Assembly: GCA_018653365.1 (NCBI GenBank)
Contig: JABIAG010000002.1
Coordinates: forward strand, 42,614-106,613
Origin: Candidatus Woesearchaeota archaeon
GTDB taxonomy: Archaea > Nanobdellota > Nanobdellia > Woesearchaeales > JABIAG01
DNA length: 64,000 bases
Direction of reading: 5' to 3'
This document shows, piece by piece, positions 49,579 to 59,311 of the stretch. A program made the position numbers and the translations under genes. Each line of letters starts with the position of its first letter. The stretch's first letter is position 1. Below the pieces are notes generated by a model. It was given only the letters and a program-made list of their open reading frames with translations. It was not told where the DNA came from and did no database searches.

Positions 49579-50457
49579 TTAATATATTTCTTCCATATTC
49601 ATTGTTAGATAGGGTCCACAAATATTGTAGATTGCAACCACTAAATTAAGTGAGTGATGTGCTAGTTTGCCCTCTAACCGTTTGCCGGTTTGAATTAACT
49701 TTTTTCTTTGATTATAAAACTCTTTGAATCTTTCTTTATCGTATTTGTAAAATAATTCATAAAACATAACAAAGAAATCATTTACCAAAGAAAAGTATTC
49801 TTTTTCTTCTGTGCTAATTTTGTATCCTTCTAAGACCTCATCTATGACATATTTGTAAATATCACATATTGCTTCTATCTCTCTAGTTATGACATATAGG
49901 AAGGTTGTCTTGTGGGCAGGGGTGTAACCATTTTTATTAAGTAGTCTTAAGCAAAATCCCGATAATTTGTTATTTTCTAATTCTAACTTTCTTATTTCAG
50001 CTAACTCTACTTTTTCACCGTTAAAATAATCGACAAGGGACTTTGACATTTCTTTTGTTAACAAAAAGCACTTTCTTAACATATTGTCAAACTCACTTTC
50101 TAATCCAACTGAAACGCTTTTGATTATGCAAAAATCTTTTTCTTCTTCTACAATTTCATACTCTCTAAGTTGTTCTTTTTTTATTTCCTTAAGAACATCC
50201 GCGTCTTTGAAGTTAATTCGTACTTCGTCATAGCCTCTTATGTACAAATCTCCTAAATATCTTTTATCAAATATTCTGCCTTTTGTATCTAAGATTATCT
50301 TATTTTGAGGTTTTTCTCCACTACGCACAATTAGCTTATCCCCTTTATTTATTACTTCTACTTCACTTCCTTTAGAAATATTGTTTTTCTCAACCCATTC
50401 AGAAGGTAAAGAAACTACAAGCGTACTTACAGAAAGTTGTATGACTTTTCTTTTCAT
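49579..50457 (-). CDS. AbrB-PhoU fusion regulator
   Basis: MKRKVIQL...LVVSLP.EW N-terminus, PhoU-like helical C-terminus. Confidence 0.85.
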   Translation of the reverse strand: MKRKVIQLSVSTLVVSLPSEWVEKNNISKGSEVEVINKGDKLIVRSGEKPQNKIILDTKGRIFDKRYLGDLYIRGYDEVRINFKDADVLKEIKKEQLREYEIVEEEKDFCIIKSVSVGLESEFDNMLRKCFLLTKEMSKSLVDYFNGEKVELAEIRKLELENNKLSGFCLRLLNKNGYTPAHKTTFLYVITREIEAICDIYKYVIDEVLEGYKISTEEKEYFSLVNDFFVMFYELFYKYDKERFKEFYNQRKKLIQTGKRLEGKLAHHSLNLVVAIYNICGPYLTMNMEEIY

Positions 50458-50563
50458 TAGAGAAACGAACGTATTTGTAGATATAAATATTGCCTAAATA
50501 TAAGCTAATTGAAAAAGTATAAGCTAGGTTTGAAATACTTTCAAGATAGTTATAATATTTACA

Positions 50564-51025
50564 ATGAACTCGAAAAAAGAATTGGTTTTATTAAGTAAGT
50601 TGCGTAATAACTCCCGACAGAGACTCACCACTTTAAGTAAAGAAACCCGTATTCCGGTCTCAACAATTTTTGAAATGTTGAAACGAACGAATAAAATAGT
50701 TAAGAATACTTGTTTGTTGAATTTTACTGAGTTGGGGTATTCTATCCGTGCAACCATTACCTTGAAAGTAGATGCTCAACAGAAGAACCAGGTGTCTGAG
50801 TTTTTACTCAAGATTCCAAATCTTAATTCATTATATAAAATAAATAATGGTTATGATTTTATGTTGGAGGTGGTGCATAAAGAAATGAGGGATCTAGAAT
50901 TGTTTCTTGAACTATTAGATTCAAAATTCATCATTAAAGAGAAGAACGTTTATTATGTGATTGACGAACTTCTGCGGGAGTCTTTTTTAGTTGAGGAATC
51001 AAATATTGATCTGTTTAAGCTTTGA
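50564..51025 (+). CDS. Lrp/AsnC transcriptional regulator
   Basis: HTH NSRQRLTTLS...STI, LNFTELG, GYDF. Confidence 0.88.
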   Translation: MNSKKELVLLSKLRNNSRQRLTTLSKETRIPVSTIFEMLKRTNKIVKNTCLLNFTELGYSIRATITLKVDAQQKNQVSEFLLKIPNLNSLYKINNGYDFMLEVVHKEMRDLELFLELLDSKFIIKEKNVYYVIDELLRESFLVEESNIDLFKL

Positions 51026-51074
51026 TAAAAGTTTGAATACTCAGAACGAAGTGAGGTTGTGTTTAAACTTTGAT
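51012..51074 (+). mobile_element. Type B mini-insert between 15-bp (14/15) direct repeats
   Basis: TGTTTAA(G/A)CTTTGAT at 51012 and 51060; core 51037-51061 matches 62866-62890 at 23/25. Confidence 0.75.
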
Positions 51075-51755
51075 TGTTTTATGCACAAATAATGCTTTTA
51101 GTTTGTCTTTGAATAAGAAAATTGATAAGATTACACTTCCAGCAAATGCGAATACAATTAGTGCTAGGTTAAATACTGGGTTAGTGAATGAATCACCTAA
51201 TGCCGCTGCAATGAATACTGTTGGCAAGGCCCCAATTAGCATGATGAGGAAGAATTCCTTTAATTTTAGTTTTGCTAGTGCTGCAGAGATTACTATTAGT
51301 TCATTAGGAAAGATGGGGATTAACCGTGCTACATATATTGCATACACTGCATCTTTTTTCATCAGTTTGTTGAGGTATTTCAAATCATTAAGTTTGCCTT
51401 TTTCTTTTACAAATTTGTTATTGAACTTTTTTACTATCATAAATAGCAGTAGTGAACCTATTAGCAATCCGGTCAAACTATAAAATGCCCCTTTTAGCGT
51501 TCCAAATAAAAATCCTGAAAGTATCATTAATAAAAATGTTGGAATAAATTCAAAAAAGGTAAATAATAAAAATATGCCTAAAAAGAGTAATATTGCATAT
51601 GCTCCTGTTGATCCAATTAGATCTCGTAACGCATCAATAGAAATTATTCTTTCTATATCATTTTTTATTATGATGAATATTATGAATATTAGTAGTGCTG
51701 CGTATAACGGTGCAGACATTTGTTTAATTATTTTTATTAATTTTTTCTTATGCAT
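51063..51755 (-). CDS. TVP38/DedA (VTT) family membrane protein
   Basis: SGFLFG..G, RLIPIFP motif. Confidence 0.85.
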   Translation of the reverse strand: MHKKKLIKIIKQMSAPLYAALLIFIIFIIIKNDIERIISIDALRDLIGSTGAYAILLFLGIFLLFTFFEFIPTFLLMILSGFLFGTLKGAFYSLTGLLIGSLLLFMIVKKFNNKFVKEKGKLNDLKYLNKLMKKDAVYAIYVARLIPIFPNELIVISAALAKLKLKEFFLIMLIGALPTVFIAAALGDSFTNPVFNLALIVFAFAGSVILSIFLFKDKLKALFVHKTIKV

Positions 51756-51816
51756 ACTCCAAAATATAGATTATGCGTATTTAAACTTTGCGATTTATTA
51801 ATTCTAAGACTGGGGG

Positions 51817-52533
51817 CTAATTGACTGAACTTGTAAGTTCTATGCTTATTGCGTCTTCTTTTATTTTTATTTTCATGGGGCATTTCTTATATTCTAATTG
51901 ATTGTCTTCACAATACTTAATTATTTTTTCTTCATCACCTTTTACTAGAATGTTCAATCCGTCTCCTTGTAGGATGTCAAATTCTTTCAAATCTTTACTT
52001 ACTTGTGTTTTTAGTTTTTTTAGCTTTTCTAGTCTTTTATCTATCTCTTTTACTTTTTCTTCTAACTCTTTTGCATCTCCCTTAAAATCACTTTCATAAT
52101 TCATTTCTATGTTGGTTGCAATCATTCCTCCCTGCCCTAATTCTATCACTTTGTGGTTTCCAAAACTGCATACTACTATGTCTGCTTTACATTTTCTTGT
52201 TCCTATACTGCCGGTTACATCTCCAATATAAAACACGTTTTTATTTCTTTCAGTATTTTGTAAAAATGCATATGCTGGCATATCGTTAAAGATTACACAT
52301 CCGTTTTTGATTGGATCAAAATCAATTATTCCTCTTTCAGTTTTTATTTCAATTATCTCAAATCCTAATTTTTTCCCGTATTGCGCATATGTGTACCATC
52401 CTCCCTGGTCGGGTACGTATAGTTTTTTGCAGCCTTTTTTCTTTGCTGTTTGTAATGCGAGAAATATTGCTTTATTTCCTCTTGATACTAACAAAATGTT
52501 TTTCTTTCCTGTTAGTTTTTTTAGGTTTTCCAT
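51817..52533 (-). CDS. Truncated DegT-like PLP-fold protein
   Basis: SRGNKAI, PDQGGW, CSFGNHKVIELGQGGMI. Confidence 0.65.
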   Translation of the reverse strand: MENLKKLTGKKNILLVSRGNKAIFLALQTAKKKGCKKLYVPDQGGWYTYAQYGKKLGFEIIEIKTERGIIDFDPIKNGCVIFNDMPAYAFLQNTERNKNVFYIGDVTGSIGTRKCKADIVVCSFGNHKVIELGQGGMIATNIEMNYESDFKGDAKELEEKVKEIDKRLEKLKKLKTQVSKDLKEFDILQGDGLNILVKGDEEKIIKYCEDNQLEYKKCPMKIKIKEDAISIELTSSVN

Positions 52534-52606
52534 CTTTTTGTTTATTGTTTAGTTCTTATAAACTTTTTCTAAATCTTTTTAAATCACATTAAATTCATTT
52601 ATTGTT

Positions 52607-53188
52607 ATGACCGATTATGATGCAAATTCTGAAGGAGAGCTTCCGTATTTAGATTCGTTTAAAGTGGGAGATTTTGGTGCGATCCTGAGTTCTGCAGCAT
52701 TAGCTAGATTAGAATCACAAATGCCTGGTGCTGTTTACATACATCTTGATACTGTTATGGATTATCTTGGAGCGGAGTTTATTGCTGATCCTAACCGCGC
52801 AGCTGAAACAATTCGTGCTTATTGTGGGCGTTTACCTCCTGGTGAAGGGGTAGATGTTGGAGCGGGATTGGTGGAAGCGTTAAGAACTCGTCCTGCGGAA
52901 GTTATTAATCAACTTGTTGAACTTGTTTTAAACTCAGGTTTGGTGGATGACGAATTTAGAGAACGCAGAGAACCTGGTGATGATCTTCCTTGGGGTGAAG
53001 AGATAGCTCTTGCAGATCCTGATTCTGGTTTGACTCTTAATTATTTTGGTGAAGGTGTTGCATCTAGTGGTATGGAAGGAACCTGTTGGGAGGATCGTTT
53101 TTATGATACTGAACACACACGTAGGGTGCATGAAAGAGTGTGTGGTGATAATTCTGGCGATTGTGTCCCTGATGATCTTCCTTTCTAA
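52607..53188 (+). CDS. Hypothetical acidic protein
   Basis: 193-aa ORF ending DDLPF. Confidence 0.6.
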   Translation: MTDYDANSEGELPYLDSFKVGDFGAILSSAALARLESQMPGAVYIHLDTVMDYLGAEFIADPNRAAETIRAYCGRLPPGEGVDVGAGLVEALRTRPAEVINQLVELVLNSGLVDDEFRERREPGDDLPWGEEIALADPDSGLTLNYFGEGVASSGMEGTCWEDRFYDTEHTRRVHERVCGDNSGDCVPDDLPF

Positions 53189-53225
53189 AAAACTTTATAT
53201 AAAATTCTAATAAATCTTTTTTTGC

Positions 53226-53357
53226 GCGGGAGTGGCAGAGTGGTCAAATGCGCTAGGTTGAGGTAGACGAAAATCAAGATTTTCGAAGTTCGTAAGTCTT
53301 CGACTTCAAACGCCTAGTTCCTTAGTGGATGCGCGGGTTCGATTCCCGTCTCCCGCA
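53226..53357 (+). tRNA. tRNA-Leu(GAG) with 48-nt intron at 37/38 (53264-53311)
   Basis: GCGGGAG/CTCCCGC; long variable arm; BHB TTGA/TCAA with GGT and ACG bulges. Confidence 0.92.
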
Positions 53358-53442
53358 TTTCTTTTTTTTTGTCTGAGCGAAGTGAAGTGATGTTGCGCGA
53401 GAACATTTTCTCGCCGTAGGTGCAATTCCCGTCTCCCGCATT
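53342..53442 (+). mobile_element. Structured insert between duplicated tRNA-Leu 3' ends
   Basis: ATTCCCGTCTCCCGCATT at 53342 and 53425; CT-GA-GC-GAA-GT-GA-AG hairpin. Confidence 0.75.
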
Positions 53443-53526
53443 AGTCCTTTTGTGTTTTTTGTGTTATACTCTTTATCACCAAAACCTTTATAAATATCCC
53501 ATCTCTTTTTAGATTCGGTGATAATC

Positions 53527-53934
53527 ATGCCAATAATTGGAACAAATTTTACAAAAATAAATGTTGAACGAACTGGTGTTGCAAGAAATGTTAAGATTAA
53601 TAGCAATCTTGGGATTAAAGACATTAGTGATCTAGATCTTTCACTTGGTAAGTCTAAACAAGTGGGTGTTAAGTTTGAATTTGAATTCACAGTTAAGTAT
53701 GACCCTGGTGCTTCAATGTTATTTGAAGGTGAAGTGTTATATCTTGGAGAGGAAAAAGACATAGCTGAGATCAAGAAACAATGGGCGGATAAAAAACCTG
53801 TTGAAGAAAAGTTGATGGCAGACGTTATGAATTCTGCTCTTCAAAAATCCACTATAAAAGCATTAGAACTATCTAGTGATTTGGGTTTACCTGCTCCAAT
53901 TAAGCTTCCTAAGGTTACTCAAAAAGAAAAGTAG
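53527..53934 (+). CDS. Archaeal hypothetical protein (possibly SecB-like fold)
   Basis: IIG.NF.KI..ER N-terminus and LP.PI.LPKV C-terminus. Confidence 0.7.
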   Translation: MPIIGTNFTKINVERTGVARNVKINSNLGIKDISDLDLSLGKSKQVGVKFEFEFTVKYDPGASMLFEGEVLYLGEEKDIAEIKKQWADKKPVEEKLMADVMNSALQKSTIKALELSSDLGLPAPIKLPKVTQKEK

Positions 53935-53973
53935 AAATCTTTTTAAATTATTTTTTACTTGTTTCTATTCAAA

Positions 53974-56238
53974 ATGAAAAAAGATGTTTCGTTAAAGGTT
54001 GCTGAGGCAATCCAGGATGATGTTAATAAAGGAATCGTTAGGTTAGATTCATCTTTTATGAAAGATTTAAGTATTAATCCGGGCGATGTTATTGAGATTG
54101 AAGGGGAAAAAAAGACTGTTGCTATTGTTGATCGTTCTTATCCAGGGGATATTGGGTTAGGTATTATTCGTATGGATGGACTTATACGTCGTAATGCCAA
54201 GACTGGTTTGGGTGAGTCTGTTAAAATAAGAAAAGCTGAAGTTAAAGAGGCTAAGAAGGTTACTATTGCTCCTGCAAAAAAAGGAATTGTTGTAAGAGCT
54301 TCTCCAAATACGTTTAAGCGAGGTCTTTTGGGCAGAGCGGTTTTGAAGGGAGATATTATTTCTTTAGGTGGGGTAAAAAGAAGAAAGACTACTACTAGTG
54401 ATAATCCTTTTTTTAATGAAATCTTTTCTCAAGATGACCGGTTTGCATCTTTTTTTGCTGATCTAAAATTTATTGTTGTTAATACTGATTCTAAAGAACC
54501 TGTTATCATTAGTGAGAATACTGAAATTAGTTTGAATCCTGAAGCTGTTGAGCTTCAAGAAGAGACCGTTCCGGATGTTACTTATGAGGATATTGGGGGC
54601 TTGGATGATGAGTTGAAAAAAGTTAGGGAAATGGTCGAGCTTCCTTTAAAACATCCTGAAATTTTTGAAAGGTTGGGAATTGAACCGCCAAAAGGGGTTT
54701 TAATGCATGGTCCTCCTGGTACGGGTAAAACTTTATTGGCTAAAGCAGTTGCAAATGAAACTAATGCTCATTTTATTTTAATAAACGGTCCTGAGATTAT
54801 GTCTAAATTTTATGGTGAGTCTGAGGCTAATTTAAGAAAGAAATTTGAAGATGCTGAAAAGAACGCCCCATCTATTATTTTTATTGACGAAATTGATGCA
54901 ATTGCTTCTAAACGAGAAGAGACTCATGGTGAAGTAGAAAAAAGAGTTGTTGCTCAGTTACTTGGACTTATGGATGGTTTGCAAAGTCGTGGTAAAGTTA
55001 TCGTTATTGCTGCTTCTAATATTCCTAATGTTCTTGATCCTGCTCTAAGAAGACCGGGCAGGTTTGATAGGGAGATGGAAATTGGTGTGCCTGGTAAGGA
55101 CGCACGTTTAGAAATTTTAAAAATTCATACAAGAAACATGCCTCTAGAAAAAGATGTTAAATTAAAAGATTTAGCAGAGATAACTCATGGTTTTGTTGGT
55201 GCTGATTTAAGTGCTTTAGCTAAAGAGGCGGCTATGACGGTTTTAAGAAGAATTTTCCCAGATATTCAAAATAAGGAAGAATCCGAACCGATTCAAAAAG
55301 CGGTTTTAGAAAAATTGATTATTCATCAAGCAGATTTTATCGAAGCACTTAAAGTTGTTAGACCTTCTGCTCTTAGAGAGGTATTTGTTGAAAGGCCTAA
55401 TGTTACTTGGGAAGAGGTTGGTGGTTTAGAAGAGACCAGGCAAGAGCTTACTGAGGCTGTTGAGTGGCCCCTGAAGAATCCCCAAGCTTTCAAACGTTTA
55501 GGTATTAAACCCCCAAAAGGAATTTTATTGTATGGTCCTCCTGGTACGGGTAAAACTTTGCTTGCAAAAGCTATTGCTACTGAAACTAAAGCTAATTTTA
55601 TCTCAATTAAAGGTCCTGAACTATTGTCTAAGTGGGTTGGAGAAAGTGAAAAGGCAGTTCGCGAAATTTTCAAGAAAGCTAGACAAACGAGTCCAACTAT
55701 TGTTTTCTTTGATGAGATTGATTCTATTGCACCTAGTCGTAATGCCTCTTCTGATAATAAGGTTACTGAACAAGTAGTTAACCAATTACTTACTGAAATG
55801 GATGGTTTGGAAGATTTACAAAATGTGGTTGTAATTGCTGCAACGAATAGACCTGATATTTTGGATTCGGCGTTGCTAAGACCAGGTAGGTTTGATAGAT
55901 TGTTGTTAACTCCTGTTCCTGATTCAAAAGCGAGAGAGAAAATTTTCCAGGTACATACTGCAAGCATGCCCTTGAAAGAGGTTAATGTTAAGAATTTGGC
56001 TGGCCTGTCTGATGGTTATGTTGGGGCAGATATAGAAGCTATTTGTAGAGAGGCGGCTATGCTTGCTCTACGAGAGGATATTAAGGCTAAAGAAGTTACT
56101 GAAAAACATTTTGAAGATGCATTAAAGAAGGTTCATCCCTCTGTTAATAATGATATCAAGGAAGCTTATGATAATTTAGAAAAACAATTTAGGATGCAGA
56201 AGGCCAAAGAGATGGATACTGTTAATTATATGGGCTAG
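53974..56238 (+). CDS. cdc48: CDC48/p97 AAA+ ATPase
   Basis: N domain plus two GPPGTGKT / DEID / RPGRFD modules. Confidence 0.97.
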   Translation: MKKDVSLKVAEAIQDDVNKGIVRLDSSFMKDLSINPGDVIEIEGEKKTVAIVDRSYPGDIGLGIIRMDGLIRRNAKTGLGESVKIRKAEVKEAKKVTIAPAKKGIVVRASPNTFKRGLLGRAVLKGDIISLGGVKRRKTTTSDNPFFNEIFSQDDRFASFFADLKFIVVNTDSKEPVIISENTEISLNPEAVELQEETVPDVTYEDIGGLDDELKKVREMVELPLKHPEIFERLGIEPPKGVLMHGPPGTGKTLLAKAVANETNAHFILINGPEIMSKFYGESEANLRKKFEDAEKNAPSIIFIDEIDAIASKREETHGEVEKRVVAQLLGLMDGLQSRGKVIVIAASNIPNVLDPALRRPGRFDREMEIGVPGKDARLEILKIHTRNMPLEKDVKLKDLAEITHGFVGADLSALAKEAAMTVLRRIFPDIQNKEESEPIQKAVLEKLIIHQADFIEALKVVRPSALREVFVERPNVTWEEVGGLEETRQELTEAVEWPLKNPQAFKRLGIKPPKGILLYGPPGTGKTLLAKAIATETKANFISIKGPELLSKWVGESEKAVREIFKKARQTSPTIVFFDEIDSIAPSRNASSDNKVTEQVVNQLLTEMDGLEDLQNVVVIAATNRPDILDSALLRPGRFDRLLLTPVPDSKAREKIFQVHTASMPLKEVNVKNLAGLSDGYVGADIEAICREAAMLALREDIKAKEVTEKHFEDALKKVHPSVNNDIKEAYDNLEKQFRMQKAKEMDTVNYMG

Positions 56239-56247
56239 TTTTTTTGA

Positions 56248-56299
56248 GTATGCTCGACTGAAAGGAGACATACGTCGCTTCCCATTGGCGAAAGAATGG
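56248..56299 (+). mobile_element. Type A mini-insert
   Basis: GTATG-CTCGACTGAAAGGAGA-CATAC...CCATT-GGCGAAAG-AATGG; compensatory changes versus 39533-39584. Confidence 0.85.
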
Positions 56300-56312
56300 T
56301 GGGGTAAATGAA

Positions 56313-56624
56313 ATGAAATTATCAACAAATGAAAATATGGGTAAAAATTATGAAGTTTTAGGTATGGTTAGAGGTAATACTGTACAAGCTAAACATCTTG
56401 GCCGAGATTTTATGGCTGGGTTAAAAACAATTGTTGGCGGAGAAATTAAGGGGTATACTGAAATGTTGACTGAGGCTAGAGATCGGGCTACTAATCGAAT
56501 GGTTGAGGAAGCTAAAAAGTTAGGCGCTGATGCAATTGTTTCTATTCGTTATACAACTTCTGCTATCATGCAGGGTGCTTCTGAAGTTTTAGCTTATGGT
56601 ACTGCTGTTAAGTTTAAGAAGTGA
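56313..56624 (+). CDS. YbjQ / UPF0145 family protein
   Basis: GLKTIVGGEIKGY, LGADAI, AYGTAV. Confidence 0.92.
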   Translation: MKLSTNENMGKNYEVLGMVRGNTVQAKHLGRDFMAGLKTIVGGEIKGYTEMLTEARDRATNRMVEEAKKLGADAIVSIRYTTSAIMQGASEVLAYGTAVKFKK

Positions 56625-56731
56625 TGGGCTTGAGCTGAAAGCGAAACCCATTTCGGGTGCTACTAACGAAAACGTAGTGCGTGGCGCTTCTGAAGTTTTA
56701 GCTTATGGTACTGCTGTTAAGTTTAAGAAGT
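56577..56731 (+). mobile_element. Type A 63-nt insert between perfect 46-bp direct repeats
   Basis: Repeats 56577-56622 and 56686-56731; ATGGG-C-TT-GA-GCT-GAA-AGC-GA-AA-CCCAT. Confidence 0.85.
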
Positions 56732-57148
56732 AGTATTTTCTTTTTTTACAATTTCTGATGAGCTTCGTACTTTTCCACCCTCTCCAATATTAAATTCCAT
56801 TTTTATTCCTACTTCTTCGCATAGTTTGTATTCTGGGATGTTATCTGATTTTCGATCTCCCCCATTTGCAAATATGTCTGGATGTATTTCTTTCAAACTC
56901 TCACATACTGATACGTCTTCACTTTCAGGTTCGTGTTTTGTTAGTACTACCTCATCAACATATCTTATGCTTTCTAGAATTTCTTTTCTATCCTTTTCAT
57001 CCATTACTACAAATCCTTTTTTCTTCATTAACCAGTTATCATTGTTTAGAATTACTATTAATTTTGTTCCTAACTCTTTTGCTGATTTGAATAGTCTTAC
57101 ATGTCCAATGTGAATTGGATCAAACCCGCCTGAAACACAAACTCTCAT
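56723..57148 (-). CDS. Cytidylyltransferase family nucleotidyltransferase (RibL/TagD-like)
   Basis: SGGFDPIHIGH, NGGDR, SSS. Confidence 0.88.
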   Translation of the reverse strand: MRVCVSGGFDPIHIGHVRLFKSAKELGTKLIVILNNDNWLMKKKGFVVMDEKDRKEILESIRYVDEVVLTKHEPESEDVSVCESLKEIHPDIFANGGDRKSDNIPEYKLCEEVGIKMEFNIGEGGKVRSSSEIVKKENTTS

Positions 57149-57417
57149 TTTTCTTTACTTTTCTTTACACTCTTTATTTTTTTGTTTACTTTACGTCTTA
57201 CTCTTTGATGTTTCTGGAATGCTGCTAAGTATATTATTTCTAAAATTCCTACGGTTTGAAATATTACTAAGATTACGAACCAGGCGGTTTGTCCGCGTCT
57301 TGCACTTTTCCATAATGCGATTGCTTTTATTATTATTGACCATACCATTAAAGCCCAGATTATTAACATGATCCATATTGCGATTTCAGTTCCAGTTATT
57401 GGGCAGGTGTATGTCAT
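57145..57417 (-). CDS. DUF5652-like small membrane protein
   Basis: WS..IK.IALWKSAR..Q..WF......T.GILEIIY. Confidence 0.8.
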   Translation of the reverse strand: MTYTCPITGTEIAIWIMLIIWALMVWSIIIKAIALWKSARRGQTAWFVILVIFQTVGILEIIYLAAFQKHQRVRRKVNKKIKSVKKSKEK

Positions 57418-57470
57418 TTTATTAAGTAACTCTTATTATTATTTAAATCTATCTTTTCTTATTAAAGTGA

Positions 57471-57548
57471 TGGCGCCCTCGCCGAGATTCGAACTCGAGT
57501 CACCGCCTCGAGAGGGCAGTATGATTGACCGGACTACACCACAAGGGC
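57471..57548 (-). tRNA. tRNA-Glu(CTC), CCA encoded
   Basis: GCCCTTG/CGAGGGC-G-CCA; CTGCC-CTCTCGA-GGCGG. Confidence 0.95.
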
Positions 57549-57585
57549 ATTAGAAAAAGAAGTTTTATCTAATTTTTAAACGTTT

Positions 57586-59244
57586 CTAATTAATGCCTCT
57601 TTCATAATGGCCTTTTGTATGTCCTTTTCCTATTTTTTTGGTGTTTATCTTCTCTCCTTCAAGGATTCGAGAATAAATATCTAACCATTTTTTCACATTA
57701 GAAGTTAGGTCAAAATAGAATTGTGTTATGCCGCTTTTTTTTAATTCTAATACTTCATCTAATAGTGCAATTTGTTTTGAGTTTAGTATTTTATAGTAAT
57801 CCTTTTCTTTTTCAACAATGAATTTATATCCTTTGTCGTCTTTTATCATTCCAGGCAATTTGTTTTTTGTTGTCATTACGGTAATGTTTCCATGTACTAA
57901 AACCAAGAAATCCTTATTTTTAAAATGAGTTAATTCATCAAAGTTAAGTTCTGGGCTAATTATGCTTTTACCATAAAAGTTTAAATCATAATCGTTGAAT
58001 ACGTTCATTCCATAATCTGTGATGCAGTTATCAAACTTGTTTTTAAATCCAAAACTGTTGATAAGTACTCCGTCAGGGTTTATCTCTTTCACTTTTTTAA
58101 TATAATCCTCTATCTCTTTATCATTAACTATTGTTGGCAGGGTTAGGTAAAACTTTTTGTTGTTATCTTTACAAATTTGTTTTGCTTCAAGAACGTCTTT
58201 GTTGTCAGCATAGTAAAAGATTGTTTTCACTCTTGAAAATTCACACCCTTCACGCACTCCTTTAAGCGTATTTACTTTAACGTAAAATCCTGGCTCGCTT
58301 GCAATTTTTTCTTTTATTTTCGTGATTACTAATTTTTTTCTTTCTCTTTCTACTTTTATTTCCTGTTTGTTATTTACATATTTATAATTAAAGTCTATTT
58401 CTTCAAATTTTAGGTTGTGTGGGCTAGTTTTTTTCTCACAGTTCGAATAAAAGCCCTCTGTTAGTTCACGATTAAAAACCCCTTTTAAACAGGCAAGATC
58501 TTTTTCGTTAAATCCTTCATCTAATGCTTTTCGATAAAGTTTTGTCACAGTTTCAACATATTTTTTATTTCGTAATCTTCCCTCAACTTTCAGGGAAGCA
58601 ACATTCAGTTCTTTTATTTTACTAATTAAACTTAAATCTTTCATGCTCATTAAGTATTCATCATTGTATTTTTTTCTGCAGGGTTGTGCACACATTCCTC
58701 TATTGCCACTTCTGCCTCCAATAAATGAACTCATTAAACATAGACCTGAAACACAAAAGCATAGTGCACCCTGTACAAATATCTCAATGGGCATTCCGAT
58801 TTTGGATATTTCTTCTATTTCTTTTTTATTTAATTCACGAGGCAAAATAACACGATCAACATTTTTTAACTCTTTCAAATTATGTATTCTTGCTTGTGTT
58901 GAAGCATGTACCTCTAAATCAGGAAATGTTTTTTTAATTTGTGAGGCAAAACTTAATTCTTGTATTATTATTGCATCTGCTCCAGAAATGTATGCTTGTT
59001 CTATTGTTTGAAAGAACTCTTCAATTTCATTATTTTTAATTAATGTATTTAGAGTTACATAAACTTTGACGCCATTTTTGTGGCAGTACTCAATTGCCTT
59101 TTTTAATTCTTCAAATGAAAAATTTCCTGCTTTTGCTCTAGCATTAAACTTGTTCATTCCTAAATATATTGCATCTGCACCATTCTCAACTGCTGCCTGT
59201 AAGTTGGTTGCGTTTCCTGCAGGAATTAGTAATTCTGGCTTCAT
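57586..59244 (-). CDS. U32 family protein (RlhA/TrhP-like RNA hydroxylase)
   Basis: PELLIPAG, GADAIY.G, HASTQ, C...SG.C...SGNRG.CAQPCR, KVEGR. Confidence 0.9.
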   Translation of the reverse strand: MKPELLIPAGNATNLQAAVENGADAIYLGMNKFNARAKAGNFSFEELKKAIEYCHKNGVKVYVTLNTLIKNNEIEEFFQTIEQAYISGADAIIIQELSFASQIKKTFPDLEVHASTQARIHNLKELKNVDRVILPRELNKKEIEEISKIGMPIEIFVQGALCFCVSGLCLMSSFIGGRSGNRGMCAQPCRKKYNDEYLMSMKDLSLISKIKELNVASLKVEGRLRNKKYVETVTKLYRKALDEGFNEKDLACLKGVFNRELTEGFYSNCEKKTSPHNLKFEEIDFNYKYVNNKQEIKVERERKKLVITKIKEKIASEPGFYVKVNTLKGVREGCEFSRVKTIFYYADNKDVLEAKQICKDNNKKFYLTLPTIVNDKEIEDYIKKVKEINPDGVLINSFGFKNKFDNCITDYGMNVFNDYDLNFYGKSIISPELNFDELTHFKNKDFLVLVHGNITVMTTKNKLPGMIKDDKGYKFIVEKEKDYYKILNSKQIALLDEVLELKKSGITQFYFDLTSNVKKWLDIYSRILEGEKINTKKIGKGHTKGHYERGIN

Positions 59245-59311
59245 GAGACTATTACTTTTTTGTCGTTTATATACTTTTGGGGAAGTTTTTTAAGTATTAT
59301 CTTGTTTTCTT

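Noticed and set aside
53415-53442. Split-tRNA half gene
   Set aside because: Only T-arm and acceptor 3' strand, with no complementary leader or BHB partner; better explained as a duplication.
56577-56731. CRISPR array or DGR template/variable pair
   Set aside because: The repeat is coding sequence, copies are identical with no adenine-specific changes, and no reverse transcriptase is in the window.
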